NCBI GenBank assembly: GCA_038087875.1 | Contig: CM075989.1 | Span: forward strand, 18,600,001-18,664,000 | Direction: 5' to 3' | Source: Malacoraja senta | Taxonomy: Eukaryota | DNA: 64,000 bases | Part shown: positions 49,784-62,289 of the stretch, in pieces | Layout of the letters: each line of letters begins with the position of its first letter | How positions within the stretch are numbered: the stretch's first letter is position 1 | The notes under the pieces: generated by a model | Databases searched by the model: none | The model's input: only the letters and a program-made list of their open reading frames with translations | What the model was told of the DNA's origin: nothing | Program-made: the position numbers and the translations under genes

Positions 49784-50562
49784 GTAACTTTTTCCTCTAT
49801 TTAATGTAGTCTTTTTTTCTTCTATTTAACCTTGTGCACATCTACATTTTCTGATGGTGAAATGGTACACAGACTACAATCCTTGTAACAACCATTAGCA
49901 ACCTGTAGAGGCAGCTTTGAAGCTTGGTGCTGGTTTGGGTGTTACTGGCATCGATATTGGTTTATTATTCTCACGTGTACCAAGCTTTTGTTTGCGGGCT
50001 ACAGTGAAAGGTTGACGTTAGCAATGCTGTAGATGTAAGCAATTAACATGACAAATAGTCCTGGTTTGATAATATTAATAGGGTGGTGCATGGTAAGGCA
50101 CATACACATGGTTTGATGACGTGCCGTTGTAAAATTCAATCGTACACGAGTCACAAGACATTACGCACAAATGCACCAGGGTATTTCTGTAAGGTATACC
50201 ATTGCAGGGCAGGACTAGAGAGTGATAGGGGTGGTGGTGATGAAAGTGAAGAATGATGGGGAAACCAAAAGAGATTAGTATACTGTTTGAATAATCAGCC
50301 CCACATACTGATGTCACCATACAAATATTTGTTGTCTGCATAATATGATGAGAACACTTAATAAATCTTCAGGGCTAAAACCTGCTTTGGTGATTAAAGT
50401 GCTTGAGAGGACTGACTTGTCCATCTTCCCCCAAGTGGGTACCACCTTTAATGTTCCATTGGTGCAGATTATCGCCATTTTCCCAGTGCCATTTTCGTGT
50501 GTTCTGTGCTACAGCTTTGACTGAGAATGTCTCACTGTTATAATAGTTTTTTTTTCTTTTAG

Positions 50563-52248
50563 GTCACTTGAGTTCCTCCTCAATTTATCCAGTCTGCCTT
50601 GCACCTTATCTAATAGTGACGTCATGCTCTGACGGTAATGTGAGATTCTGGCGATGTACTGTGGATAAAAACGCAAACTCCGAAAATTCAGAAGAAGTAC
50701 GTGCCTATTGGTGGGAAACTTGGCCGCTGATGAATGAAGAAGGAGAACACAATGACAGTGCAGTGAGTGTCACTGGGCGTCCAGTGGCTGTAAGCTGTTC
50801 ATACACGGGCCGTTTAGCTGTCGCTTACAAAGAGTCTTTACAGCCTAATGGCATTGCATCAAAAGAGTTTTCAATGCACCTCTCCATTTTTGAGTGTGAA
50901 TCTACTGGAGGATCAGAGTGGGTGTTGGAACAAACAATTCATTTGGATGATTTGGGAAAAGTTGGCAGTGTCCTGGATTCGAGAGTCAGCGTAGACAGCA
51001 ATTTATTTGTGTATAATAAATCAGAGCTTTATCTTCGAGGCAAAAACATGATGTCGAACATAAAACATTTAGTGCATTTGGACTGGGTGTCGAAAGAAGA
51101 TGGTTCTCATATACTTACCGTAGGAGTGGGTTCCAAGATTCTAATGTATGGAAGATTGTCAGGGATTGTAACAGAGCAAGCCATGAGTAAAGATGGGTTG
51201 GCTGTAATTACTTTGCCACTAGGGGGAAGTATTAAACAAGGCACCAAGTCAAAATGGGTATTGCTGAGATGTGTGGATTTAATATCTTCTGTAGATGGAA
51301 CTCCTTCACTTCCAGTTTCTTTATCGTGGGTGAGAGATGGCATTCTAGTTATCGGGATGGACTGTGAAATGCATGTGTATGCACAATGGAAGCACTCTAC
51401 GAAACCACGAAACCATACCGAAAATGGAAGTTTCTCATCTTACGATGAGTTAACTGATGGTGACACATTTGAAACGAAAATGTTTCCAAAACGGCACAGT
51501 GTTGTTGATGGAACAGCTATTGTAGATGATGTGTTTGGGGTCCCAGGAATGCTTCAAGATGGTGGTTTGTTTGAAGCTGCTCATATTCTTTCCCCCACTC
51601 TCCCTCAATATCATCCCACTCAGCTACTCGAACTTATGGATTTGGGCAAAGTGCGCAGAGCTAAGGCAATCCTTTCACACTTGGTTAAATGTATTGCTGG
51701 AGAAGTTGCCATCTTCAGGGACAAAGACCCAGGAAAAGGAGGAGGACCACGGCGCCACCTTTCTCGAACCATCAGCGTCAGTGGAAGTACGGGCAAAGAT
51801 ACAATTATAGCGGGAAGAGAAGGTACTCGTGATTATACCGAAATAGATTCAATTCCACCACTACCTCTTTATGCATTGCTGTCAGCTGATCAGGACACCT
51901 CTTATAAAACTGCAGGAGAAACTGCAAAAGTAGACAAACGTTCACAGCCACAGAGTAAAAAAATGGAGGATCAGTATGCTGATTTGTTTCAGTCTCCAAG
52001 TTTAACCACGGATGACTTTGTTGACTTTGTAATTGAAAAGAAAGAATCTAAATCCAAAGTCATTAATTTATCCCAGTATGGACCGACGTACTTTGGGCCT
52101 GAACACGCTCGTGTCCTTTCCAGTCATTTGATGCACTCGAGTTTGCCAGGACTTACACGATTAGAACAAATGTTCCTTGTAGCTTTAGCTGACACGGTGG
52201 CGACTACAAGCACAGAAGTCAATGAAAATAGGGACAAGAATTATTCTG
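50563..52248 (+). CDS. DMXL2: DMXL2 exon 18, large exon (HLSSSSIYPVCLAPY...LFEAAH...LPQYHPTQLLELMDLGK...NRDKNYS)
   Basis: tag|GT...G|gtacgt, 1686 nt, phase 1-1; corresponds to the 570-aa ORF. Confidence 0.97.
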
Positions 52249-52629
52249 GTACGTATATAACCTTTTGGGTTATTTTCTAAGTCTATATCAATTCTATCAT
52301 AATGATAGCATAATCTTATATATTTGTACAATAGTAGTGGGTTTTACCAATAAGATTTTGTAAACAGCATACTTATTTGCTGAAACAGCAACATGCAAAA
52401 ATTGTGGTGGTGTCTGATACTTAGTTCACAAAATATTTCCATTCAAACATTGCAATTAATATTACTATTTTTGATTTAGCCTACTTTACCTACTTTATTC
52501 ACTGTTGAGCTAATTGGATCAGGTTTGTTGCCTGCTTTGTACCCCAGCTGATTATAATTTCTATAGAAATTCTACAAACTTAGTATTGAGCCAAATGGTC
52601 AGATTGGGATCTGGTTATCAACTCCAGCA

Positions 52630-52770
52630 GAAGATTCTGGGTTCAAATCCCAGCCAGAGCTTACAGTTGAATTCTAGGCTTAACACTATGGTGTAGTGAG
52701 TGGTCCAATATTGGAGAGGCCATCTTTTGGATGAGACATTAGACTCGTCCCTTCTGAACATTTAAAGATA
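52630..52770 (+). mobile_element. DeuSINE-like relic
   Basis: GGGTTCAAATCCC B-box and gccatcttttggatgagacatta Deu core. Confidence 0.55.
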
Positions 52771-53840
52771 AAACTGGAGATGTTAAAAGTCTAAAACACA
52801 AGCAGGTTGGACAGCATCTATGGACTGAAATATAATTGATGTTGGGAGTATTTAGAGTGGGGAGTTATTCCTGGGAGTATATAAATAGCAGGGAGTTTTG
52901 GCTCTGGATCTCAGATTCATTGCTGAACTCATTAATATCTGGATAAGTTTATCAATGTAAGAATCCCCTCCTAAAATTAGTCTATCATTGTCTGTGAACT
53001 TCATTGAATGATTGAAAATAGCCATGTCAGGGAGAAACTATATATTTTAAATGAGAAACCCTGATGGGCCGAGTAGTTAATATTTTCTAGTATATTTCAT
53101 ATGATTCGTCCATCTAATTGCTTTTCTGTAATTCTCTATATAAACTAAAGCACATTTATATGAACCTCAAGGATGTTAATAAGCCTTGTTTTAATTTATA
53201 ATTGATCTAAATTGTGCGGTGTCTAGTGCTTTTTTGTGGACAGAAAGTTGCCGAAACTCATATCGTTCAGTGCTGTTGTTGTCTAGAGCAGATCGTCGTC
53301 CTATAAGCTGCCTGCTTTTTACTGCCGTGACCACCTAATTTTATTGATTTTATTTGTTAAACCAGTAATTATTAAAAATTCTAAAAATGTGAAAATCTAG
53401 TTTTCAACTTGTAAGAGGTGCCAGTGCGTAGTATGACGTGCTGTCAGAAAGAAGCCATTGGTGTAAATTCTCAATATTTGAATTATTTTTCTCTCCATCT
53501 TCATGCACTTCCAAATGATGACGTAAATTGTTTTATTCTGCAACATTGACTATAGTGTTTTTCATAATTGTAACTGCATGCAAGTAATGCAGTTGTTTCT
53601 AAACAGTACAAATCTTAAAGTGAATGGAATTTAGTGATCCTACTTGTCTCTCAAAAAATCAGTATGTAAGCTAATAAAACACTTAAGGCAATATAGCACG
53701 ATTTTAAAATCCATTAATTTTCTGATGCAATTCATTTGGGGAAAGCTAACGTAATAAGCAATGCATACAGTATATGTGAGCATCTCCATTAGTATCCCTG
53801 GTTATCACCAGCTGAGTTAATCTGTCTGTTTTTATTGGAG

Positions 53841-53948
53841 GTGAAACTTTGGATGAATGTGGTTTGCGTTATTTGCTTGCCATGCGTTTGCATATTTGCC
53901 TGCTGACATCGCTGCCTCCAGTCTACAGACTCCAGCTTTTACATCAAG
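53841..53948 (+). CDS. DMXL2: DMXL2 exon 19 (ETLDECGLRYLLAMRLHICLLTSLPPVYRLQLLHQ); start 53838 or 53841
   Basis: ggag|GT...G|gtagga, 108 nt, phase 1-1; unusual GAG acceptor. Confidence 0.9.
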
Positions 53949-54190
53949 GTAGGAGATTTGAGTAAAGCATCAGGGTGTCATTTAATGCTCAAAGGATAAT
54001 ATTTTGTTTGTCGTTTTTATTTGTATGTCTCGGAATTAACTACGACTTGAAACTCCCTTCTCCGGCATCCTTGGGATCTGACTGGTGCCAGACCACGGAA
54101 ATTGTTATTATCTACCTTTGAGCAGGAGTCCCATTCATTCCAGGTATAGACACTCCATGGGGCACATAAGGGGACCGAGAACAATTTGAT

Positions 54191-54450
54191 TAGTTTAGAG
54201 ATACAGCATGGAAATAGGCCACAACGACCATTGATCACTCGTTCACGCTAGTTCTGTGTTATCCCATTTTCACATCTGCTCCCTACACACTAAGGGCAAT
54301 TTCCAGAGGCCAGTAAACCTCTGAAGAATGGTCTCGACCCGAAACGGCACCCATTCCTTCTCTCCAGAGATGCTGCCTGTCCCGCTGAGTTACTCCAGCA
54401 TTCTGTGTGTACCTTTGATTTAAACCAGCATCTGCAGTTCTTTCCTACAT
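54191..54450. mobile_element. V-SINE tail (-) abutting a Penelope-like 3' end (+, 54321-54450)
   Basis: ctgaagaatggtctcgacccgaaacggcaccc. Confidence 0.75.
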
Positions 54451-55326
54451 ATTTAAATGCATATATATTTTTAAAATGTCCTCTAGTGGTGAGAGGGTGG
54501 GTGGAGAGGTGGAGGCAACCATAAACCAATACATTCTAACCTGGAGCACATGAAAGTGAAGTTTCAATTCCACTGAGGCAACGGATTGTCTGTGTGCTGA
54601 TGTTCCCATTGCCTCCTTTGTCATTGAGGTCATTACTACCCATGCCACACTGCAAGATTTACTTTGTCATCTGTGTCCGCTGCCTTTCCGGTCTCCCAAC
54701 TTCGTTATATCAACCAACTTGATACTTGTGTGAGCTTCCACATGTATATCTATTTCTTCTGTTATCTTACTCAATATTCCTGAGGTCCCATACTTTCTCT
54801 GCCTGCATCCTCCTCCTCCTAGCCTTAAACCCCCTAAGACTGGCTTTCATCTGTTGTATTCCCTCATCTTGCTTGCCATCCATATTCTGAACACAACAAA
54901 CACTTCAGCATGTTCTGAAGCTGGCCAAACAAAGAAGAGGGCTAAAACAGTGAACCTCTTCTTTGGTGGGATGTTATGCCATTCCTGATACTTGTGCCTC
55001 TAGCCCTGGGTCATTTTGTTATCTGGCAGATGGAAATTGCTGCTATAATTTGGGAGCTGCAATATGAAAAATAATGATAATGCTGGAAGGTGTTTTGTCT
55101 GAAATATAATACTTTTAGGTTCTGGCTGTTCTTTGGAATACAATTAACATAGAAAAACAATTGATAGCAGAAAGACCTGTTTTTTTTTTTTTACTAACTA
55201 TCGTATGCCCAATCTGTGGTGAAAAATGTTTTGGTAAATCTGTTTAGGCTTGTGTTATGTTTAAACTATAAACCATTAATTTGTTCTAAAATGGTAATAA
55301 TGGAGAACATCACCACTAGTTTAACC

Positions 55327-55680
55327 CAGGGGCGGAAATCCCGGGGGGGGGGGCAGGTGGGACACGCAGGCAATGGGGGGGAGACCATGATGATTCGGCG
55401 CGATGATTGGAGGAGGGAGGTGTCGGTCAGAGGCGGAAGTAGGGGGGTGGGACTGAGGATAGAGTGCGGTGATTGGAGGAGGGAGACGACCTGGTGGAAC
55501 AAAGATCATAGAGCGGAGCTTGAATTGCATGCCCAGGTCATAGGGTCACAAGCGAAAAACACTCTTGGCAGCCCTGGACACAGACCTGCGCCTCATCCGC
55601 AGCCAGGATCGATTCCGGGTCTCCGGCGCTGCAATCGTGCCGAACCGCCACTGGACCATCCCCGTCCCCATCCGTGCCTG
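55327..55680. mobile_element. GC-rich MITE, hAT-like
   Basis: Imperfect TIRs CAGGGGCGGA...TCCGTGCCTG; no clean TSD. Confidence 0.45.
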
Positions 55681-57006
55681 TTAATAACAAAGGTTCATTC
55701 GTATTCTTTTGTACAACCTTCTTCATTTCCTGAAGGTTAAATGTTGCTGATTGCTTTACCACTCAAAAATAAAAATCCATTATCCTACCAAACTGACTCC
55801 TTTGTGTTACAAAAGAACAAGGACATCATTGGCAAAGGTTAAATGTATTCTTGTCCTCTGTCCAAATGTGCACTGCAATCAGGGTCGTTCACTTTCCTTG
55901 CCTAGAGGCTTGTTCCATCGTTTATTTTGAGTTGGCAGAATGCAGTTTAGAATTAATCTATTAACCTCTATTCAATGCTCTTTTTTTTAAAATCTGTATG
56001 CTGAGCATCATATATCCCAAATGAAGTATTGTGACTTTATAATATGCCATTCACGACAAAAGAATTAACAGCTTTAACATTTCTTCTCCAAAAGCTATTT
56101 GAGCAATTAGTAAATGGAATCTTAATTCTAAATAACAGTAGTTCGAATTCAATGTGTTCATGGGTGCTTCAACAACAACCACAAAATAATGATTGAAGAA
56201 TAATTAACGATGGGCAGGAATAGTTGGGGCAAAAGGAGAATAAACTTGCTTTTCATTGTGTGTTTGAGGAGGTTCTGATCAAACCAAGATAAGCTAGATG
56301 ATAATAGTTGCAGAGTTGAATTGTAGAATGTGTAAAATGTAGAAACTGTCACTGTATCTGGATAACATATATGTTGGTGCATAAATGGTAAAGGAAAAAG
56401 CTGACGATAAAAGTTGGGGGCACACCAGGGATAATGGAGCTGGTGCGGGCCAGAGGAGAAGCCCTCTTTGGAAACATGATGACTATTATGTGGAGTAAGG
56501 TGGCATGGAGTGGGCAATATGGGTGAATGGAATGGTTGACCATGCTGAGCAACATAGGCAAACCAAGTGCACGAGTGGTGCCCTGCACCAAAACTGCAAT
56601 CACGGGTATTGATTAGCATAATCCTGTATCTTCATCTTGTTGTATTGATTAATGTAATCCTGTATCTTCATCCCCTGGGCAGGGCTAAAAGCAAATTGAT
56701 ATGATGTGGATAAAACATTGTGCAAAGACTAAGGCCTTATTTGAATTGTAATAAGTAATTGAGCAGAGTATTGACTTTGATTATAACTATGAATATTCAT
56801 AGGTAGCTTTACTATCTGTTGAAAGTGTAATTAATGTTCATGTTATATCACGATTTTTCTTCTTGCATCATTAGACATGTTATCTAATCGTTTTTTTAAC
56901 AGCTCGCTTTACACAGTGCATCTGGACTGATATTTTTGCATATATTTAACACAGCAACTTGGATCACTCTCTTTTATATACATAAAATTGTTACTGCATT
57001 TTGTAG

Positions 57007-57176
57007 GCTTGTCTACATGTCACTTTGCCTGGGCCTTTCATTCTGAAGCTGAGGAAGAGTTGCTCAGTATGATTCCTGCCATGCAGAAAGGGGATCCTCA
57101 GTGGTCTGATCTGAAAGCCATGGGAGTTGGCTGGTGGATTCGAAATATTAATACGCTCCGCAAGTGCATTGAGAAG
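57007..57176 (+). CDS. DMXL2: DMXL2 exon 20 (LSTCHFAWAFHSEAEEELL...GWWIRNINTLRKCIEK), Rav1p_C region
   Basis: tag|GC...AAG|gtacgg, 170 nt, phase 1-0. Confidence 0.95.
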
Positions 57177-57473
57177 GTACGGCAGTCCAAACGTTTTAAG
57201 AATTCACAAGCAAGTATAATGAAAGTAGTAGATAAAAGCACATGGGTAAAATGGAGCTTCCATAAATCGTGGGTGGAGAGGGTGATGTTTTGGAGGGAAA
57301 CCATGTAAAATCACACATCAGATTGTAGGTGAGAGTGGATTTTGTTCTTAACGTGCTTCAAATGTTTTGCTTAGTTAAGAAGTGCTTTATGCATTCGCAA
57401 TGCAAGCTGGTATTTCTCAGTTTAAAGTGAAATATTACGTGAATATTATCTCTTCACAACATGAGCTATAATG

Positions 57474-58511
57474 TAGCAATGTTACAATTTTGAGATTTTA
57501 AAAATCGTCTGCAATTTATCCCATCAGATAAAGCATAAAAAGAAGTTTAATTTGACACCTAATTCACTTTCATATCTTCAGTATTAAAAAAGTTATGGCC
57601 ATTTTCATACTCTGAAATTAGCATCTTGTTCCCTATTGCTTTTCCATTGACTTAACACAAAAGCTGTGATCAAGGACAGTCAAAAGCCCATAACCTTCTT
57701 AAAAATTAAGAGAACTTAATGAAATTTTCAGTTATTATAGATTGAAGCATTCTGAAACAAATATGAAACAATCTTACTTGGATGACCTGAAATTAAAGCA
57801 TATAATTAGTTAGTTACCCAATTGTAGCTAATTACAAAATTCAATTACTAGATCTAAACATCTATCCATTTCTTAAAAGGTTAACATTTTTTAAAAGCCT
57901 AAGTGTCCAAATAACATTCACACAAGAATTCACAATATAACATTATTTTAAAATCTCATTGTCATGAATTTATAGGCCAAATGGAAGGAATTTAATGTTT
58001 AATTCCTGTAAATTAATGGGCATTTAAATAATCTTGCGAGTGGGATTTTGTGGAACGCGCTGGTTTGGAACGTTGCGGTTGCAGTGAATTTAAACCCCAT
58101 ATTGGCAGGAAAAATACTGCCGGTTCGTATATTTACATAATCACATTTTCGCAACGAGAAATTTTGATTAAGGGCATCCTAAGAAGCAAGTTTATATGAA
58201 AAAATAAACGGCATACCGTGCCTTGTCCCGTGCATGAGATCCGTCTCCGTTGTCGGCGTTGACGGCATTTGAAGATTATTTAAATTTTACTCCAACAATT
58301 TAATTATCCAGCGCTAATTTTAATAAACTTAATAAAACGGCAGTCGAAGCGATTTTTCTTTAGCAGCTAATTTACCCGACAGACATCGATTTGAATAGGC
58401 TGCCGAAATATCGCATTTTAAACCCGCCCCCCTCTCAAAGGCGCCAAAGTCGCGCACACGGGCAGTGGCAGAACTGCAGCGCCACTGAAGGTAAGTATTG
58501 TAACATACCTA
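57474..58511. mobile_element. Non-autonomous DNA transposon, hAT-like, with a 7-bp TSD
   Basis: TIRs TAGCAATGTTACAA and TTGTAACATACCTA (12/14 match); TATAATG at 57467-57473 and 58512-58518. Confidence 0.75.
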
Positions 58512-59429
58512 TATAATGCTTTCCATTATTGCTCAGTCTGCTTCTTTTGAAGTTAATAACTAGCTAACATCTTTGTTTTAATTGAATTATTGCTAAGCTA
58601 CATTCATTTTTCCTTGGAAAATGTCAGGTATCAAATGGCAATTAAACAAAAACAAAAAGTTGCATTGTGTTATTAACTAACAGTAATTTAAGATAACTGG
58701 TGTGATAGTCCTCAAATCCTAATTGTGTATGCAGCAGAATCAAGTATAGAATCGCACAGACAAGAATGACACCATATTTAATGTAGTCTGAATATTCACT
58801 TGCATTATTTTGGTTGGTGTCAGTAGAACCACAATAAATTTAGGAGGGCAAACATTCAGAATGTATTATCTTTTACGTAAAGACTAAGCTGAGTTTGATT
58901 GAGTGGGTAAAATCTTCTGGAACCCTGCTGTCTAGACTTCTAGACCAAAATGATCACTTTACTATGGTGTCATATGCTGGTAAAGTTTTATTGATGATAG
59001 CCCAATGTGACTTGCTGCTTTATGAAGAGAATATTGAAAAATAATATTATTTCTGAGAGAAATCTGCACCGTCCATTTTCCTATCTGAGGCTCAACTCCC
59101 TTAAGCCTTTTTGTCCAAACCAGCCGAGGACATGGTTTTGTCCTATCTGTGACCTATGCACCACTCCCAGATCAAGACACTCAAAGAGATCCACACAACT
59201 CGGTTAAATGCTTGTGGGTAAGGACCTTGATAGCAACTTTCATTCTGAAGGACGTCACCTATTCATGTTCACTAGAGCACTTTGTGTCCTTTTGTGTGTT
59301 AAATTAGTTTTAATGGCATATTAAACCGTACTTTTATCCCCTAGCCTAAAAAAGTCATTTTAAATGTGAATTATGAATTACTTGGATAAATATTTCACAT
59401 TTCCATATCAATTTTAAAATTATGAAAAA

Positions 59430-59553
59430 GTCTGAAGAAGGGTCTCGACCTGACAGGTCACCCATTCCTTATACCCTGAGATGCTGCCTGTCCTGCTGAG
59501 TTGCTCCAGCATTTTGTGTCTATCTTCAGTGTAAACCAGCATCTGCAGTTTCC
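59430..59553 (+). mobile_element. Penelope-like 3' end with a mutated hammerhead core
   Basis: gtctgaagaagggtctcgacctgacaggtcaccc. Confidence 0.75.
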
Positions 59554-59945
59554 TCCGTCAGGTTTTATTTTATTGTTGAGTTTTGCTTTTACATTGACCT
59601 TATGTAAATGTTATGATCTTCATTTTACACAAGCTTTTTAAGTATATTCAATTCCTTGTTTGTTGGGTGAGAGTTCATGAATATAACCGACAGCCCAGCC
59701 TGTGTATCACTGAAGGCTGGTATTGCCCTAGAGCTGATGTCAAGCAGCAACTTATGTTTGTGTGAGAGAGGTCTGCACTGCAGAAGTGGTTGGATTAATG
59801 TGGTCAGAATTCACTAATGCTTGTCATGAGCACTGTCACTATATTCCTACCTGCAAAATTCCAGAGCAAACAGTTTTCTACTTCAATCAGTCCCTTCAGT
59901 GCTACTGGTACAGAAATGGGAATACCGCTTTCCTCTTTTTCACAG

Positions 59946-60043
59946 GTTGCAAAAGCTGCTTTTCAAAGGAACAACGAAGCATTGGATGCTGCATTATTTT
60001 ATCTTGCTATAAAGAAAAAGGCCGTACTCTGGGGTCTATTCAG
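59946..60043 (+). CDS. DMXL2: DMXL2 exon 21 (VAKAAFQRNNEALDAALFYLAIKKKAVLWGLF)
   Basis: cag|GTT...AG|gtatgt, 98 nt, phase 0-2. Confidence 0.95.
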
Positions 60044-60909
60044 GTATGTTCAGTAGAAAAGTGCTAAGGTCAGTTATTGCAAAGGGAACACGATGAAACT
60101 CTTGCATTTGATATCTGTTCTTCTGAGTTGTGTCTTTCACACAAATGATCACTACTAACCCTGAAGATCGAGACTCTGAATCAAGATACCTCTTGTGAAA
60201 TAAAACTGTTCCTTGCGTAAACCCCAGTGATAAGGACTTTATTTGTATTTCTTCTGTAATTGATTTGACTACGTTGATCTCAGAATGCATTGATGTTTAA
60301 TGACATCATGGGGTCTCAATGCAATTGTCTTTTAGACAGAGTATTTTAGTTTTCTGTCCTCTGATCAACTATCAGTATTCTGTCCTTTTAAACTTGTTTG
60401 AAACGGAATGGATCTTTATATTGGTGATGCTGACACGTCTTTCATTGTGAACATGTGATGAATTGTGTTGTCATCAGCATGACTTTGACACAGGCAAAGC
60501 TAAATCTGCTGTGATACTGTGACTAAAATAATTTATTGTTGGCCATAGTGACCAAAAATAAATTGGTAGAATGATGCAGAAGATCCCATGATATATCACT
60601 TGCATACAAACTCCAAAAATATTTATTTCAAATGTGATTTTGTGATAAATTGTATCAATTTACACAAAACATCTTTAAAAATACGTAATTTGACGAATAA
60701 AAAGAGGCATAAATGGTTATTTTTATTCGTCAAATTATGTGTTTTTAAAGATGTTTTAGTTACTAAAAACGGTTAGTAACTTTGGCTTGAAATTTTGAAG
60801 TTGTACAAACCGTGCAATAAATTTTGTCTCTGTAATTTTCCCACTGGTGAAAGGTAGCAGGAGTGGTGAGGAGAAAATTACAAAGAAAGACTGACTGGCA
60901 GCTGCCTAG

Positions 60910-61175
60910 GTCCTCATTGGAACTTACCAAAAGTGAAAGGCCTGGATAGAGTGAATGTGGAGAGGATGTTTAAGGAATTCATTGCCACAAATGACTGTAG
61001 AGGCCGTCTATGGACATTTTTAAGGCGGAGATTGGCAGATTCTTGATTAGTAAGGGTGTCGGGGGTTATGGGGTGAAGGCAGGAGAATGGGGTTGAGAGG
61101 GAAAGATAGATCAGCCATGATTAAATAGCTGAGCAGACTTGATGGGCCAAATGGCCTAATTCTGCTCCTAGAACT
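60910..61175 (+). mobile_element. CR1 3' fragment with an internal deletion
   Basis: Similar to 15570-15935. Confidence 0.75.
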
Positions 61176-61339
61176 TAGGAACTTATAATTAAAAAAAATC
61201 TTGGGCACATAATGTAATTATTTAAGAACCAAATATAACAGAAAATAATTTCAGCGACATTAATTGTGTTATGTATGTCAATTGATGGCACTGCCCAGGC
61301 CAGGCCTGTCACAAGGCACACATTGTGTGTACAAAGTGC

Positions 61340-61503
61340 CCAACTGCATTTCGTCCCCCTGCTCCAATCATTCTGACTGAAGGTCCCGACCTGAAAACGT
61401 GGTCTGTCCATTCCCTCCACAGATGTGGCCTGACCTGCTGAATTCCAGCAGCATTTTATTTTTTTTTGCTCGAGTTTCCAGCTACTGCGTTTTCTTGTGT
61501 CTA
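61340..61503 (+). mobile_element. Old Penelope-like 3' end
   Basis: ctgactgaaggtcccgacctgaaaacgt...ccagcagcatttt. Confidence 0.5.
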
Positions 61504-61661
61504 CATTACATGATTTTGGTTTCCTCTGAAATTTTATCTCATTGTTGATTCAACCTTTGCACTTAACCTGGTACCTGACTGTTGGAATTGATGCAACAGT
61601 AAAATTACAAATGTCACACTTGCAGCAGGAATATAATTTTAGTCGTATTTCTTTTCCTCAG

Positions 61662-61827
61662 ATCCCAGCTGGATAAAAAGATGACTGAGTTTTTCAAACA
61701 CAATTTCATTGAAGATAGATGGCGTAAAGCAGCTTTAAAAAATGCATTTTCTTTGCTCGGTAAACAGCGCTTTGAGCAGGCTGCAGCATTTTTCCTTTTG
61801 GCTGGTTCTTTAAAGGATGCTATTGAG
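61662..61827 (+). CDS. DMXL2: DMXL2 exon 22 (SQLDKKMTEFF...RWRKAALKNAFSLLGKQRF...DAIE)
   Basis: cag|A...GAG|gtaatg, 166 nt, phase 2-0. Confidence 0.95.
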
Positions 61828-62289
61828 GTAATGTTGGTTTTCCTAGTTCAAAGCGTACATTTTTTTTTCTCAAAACACCCTAGTCAAAACAGTGTTTTAT
61901 TATGTATCTGTTACTGCTGTAGCTGATATCATTACAACATTTTATCTTTATTGCACTTAGTTTATTTAAAAGTAACGTCTTTATCAATTCATTTAAGTTT
62001 TAGTACAATTTAGTGTTGAAATTGTATTTCAGGGTTAGCTATCCAGAAATCCAGAGAATTTTAAATGAATCCCATGACTTTAAAAGTAAAGGAAACTATA
62101 TTCTATGTACTCCTTAACAGATTTGGGGGAAAGCAAGTTTTTTGGGATTTTTAACAAACAGAAAACCATATATTCCAGTGAAGAGTTATTATTTTTAAGA
62201 GTAATTCACAATTGTGCAATCAGACTTGCACATCTTTTTAATTTTACTGACCAAATTCAAATGCAATGTTTGGGTTGATGCCCCGACAG

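Noticed and set aside
50344-50415. Intronic C/D-box snoRNA (ATGATGA...CTGA about 70 nt apart)
   Set aside because: No terminal stem and no recognisable rRNA antisense element; likely chance.
50568-52280. 570-aa ORF as a standalone gene
   Set aside because: It is the large internal DMXL2 exon, bounded by AG and GT at 50563-52248; the ORF start is TTG and its tail is intronic.
56619-56672. Short local duplications (TAATCCTGTATCTTCATC x2; also about 41955 and 45580)
   Set aside because: Ordinary slippage duplications with no further structure.
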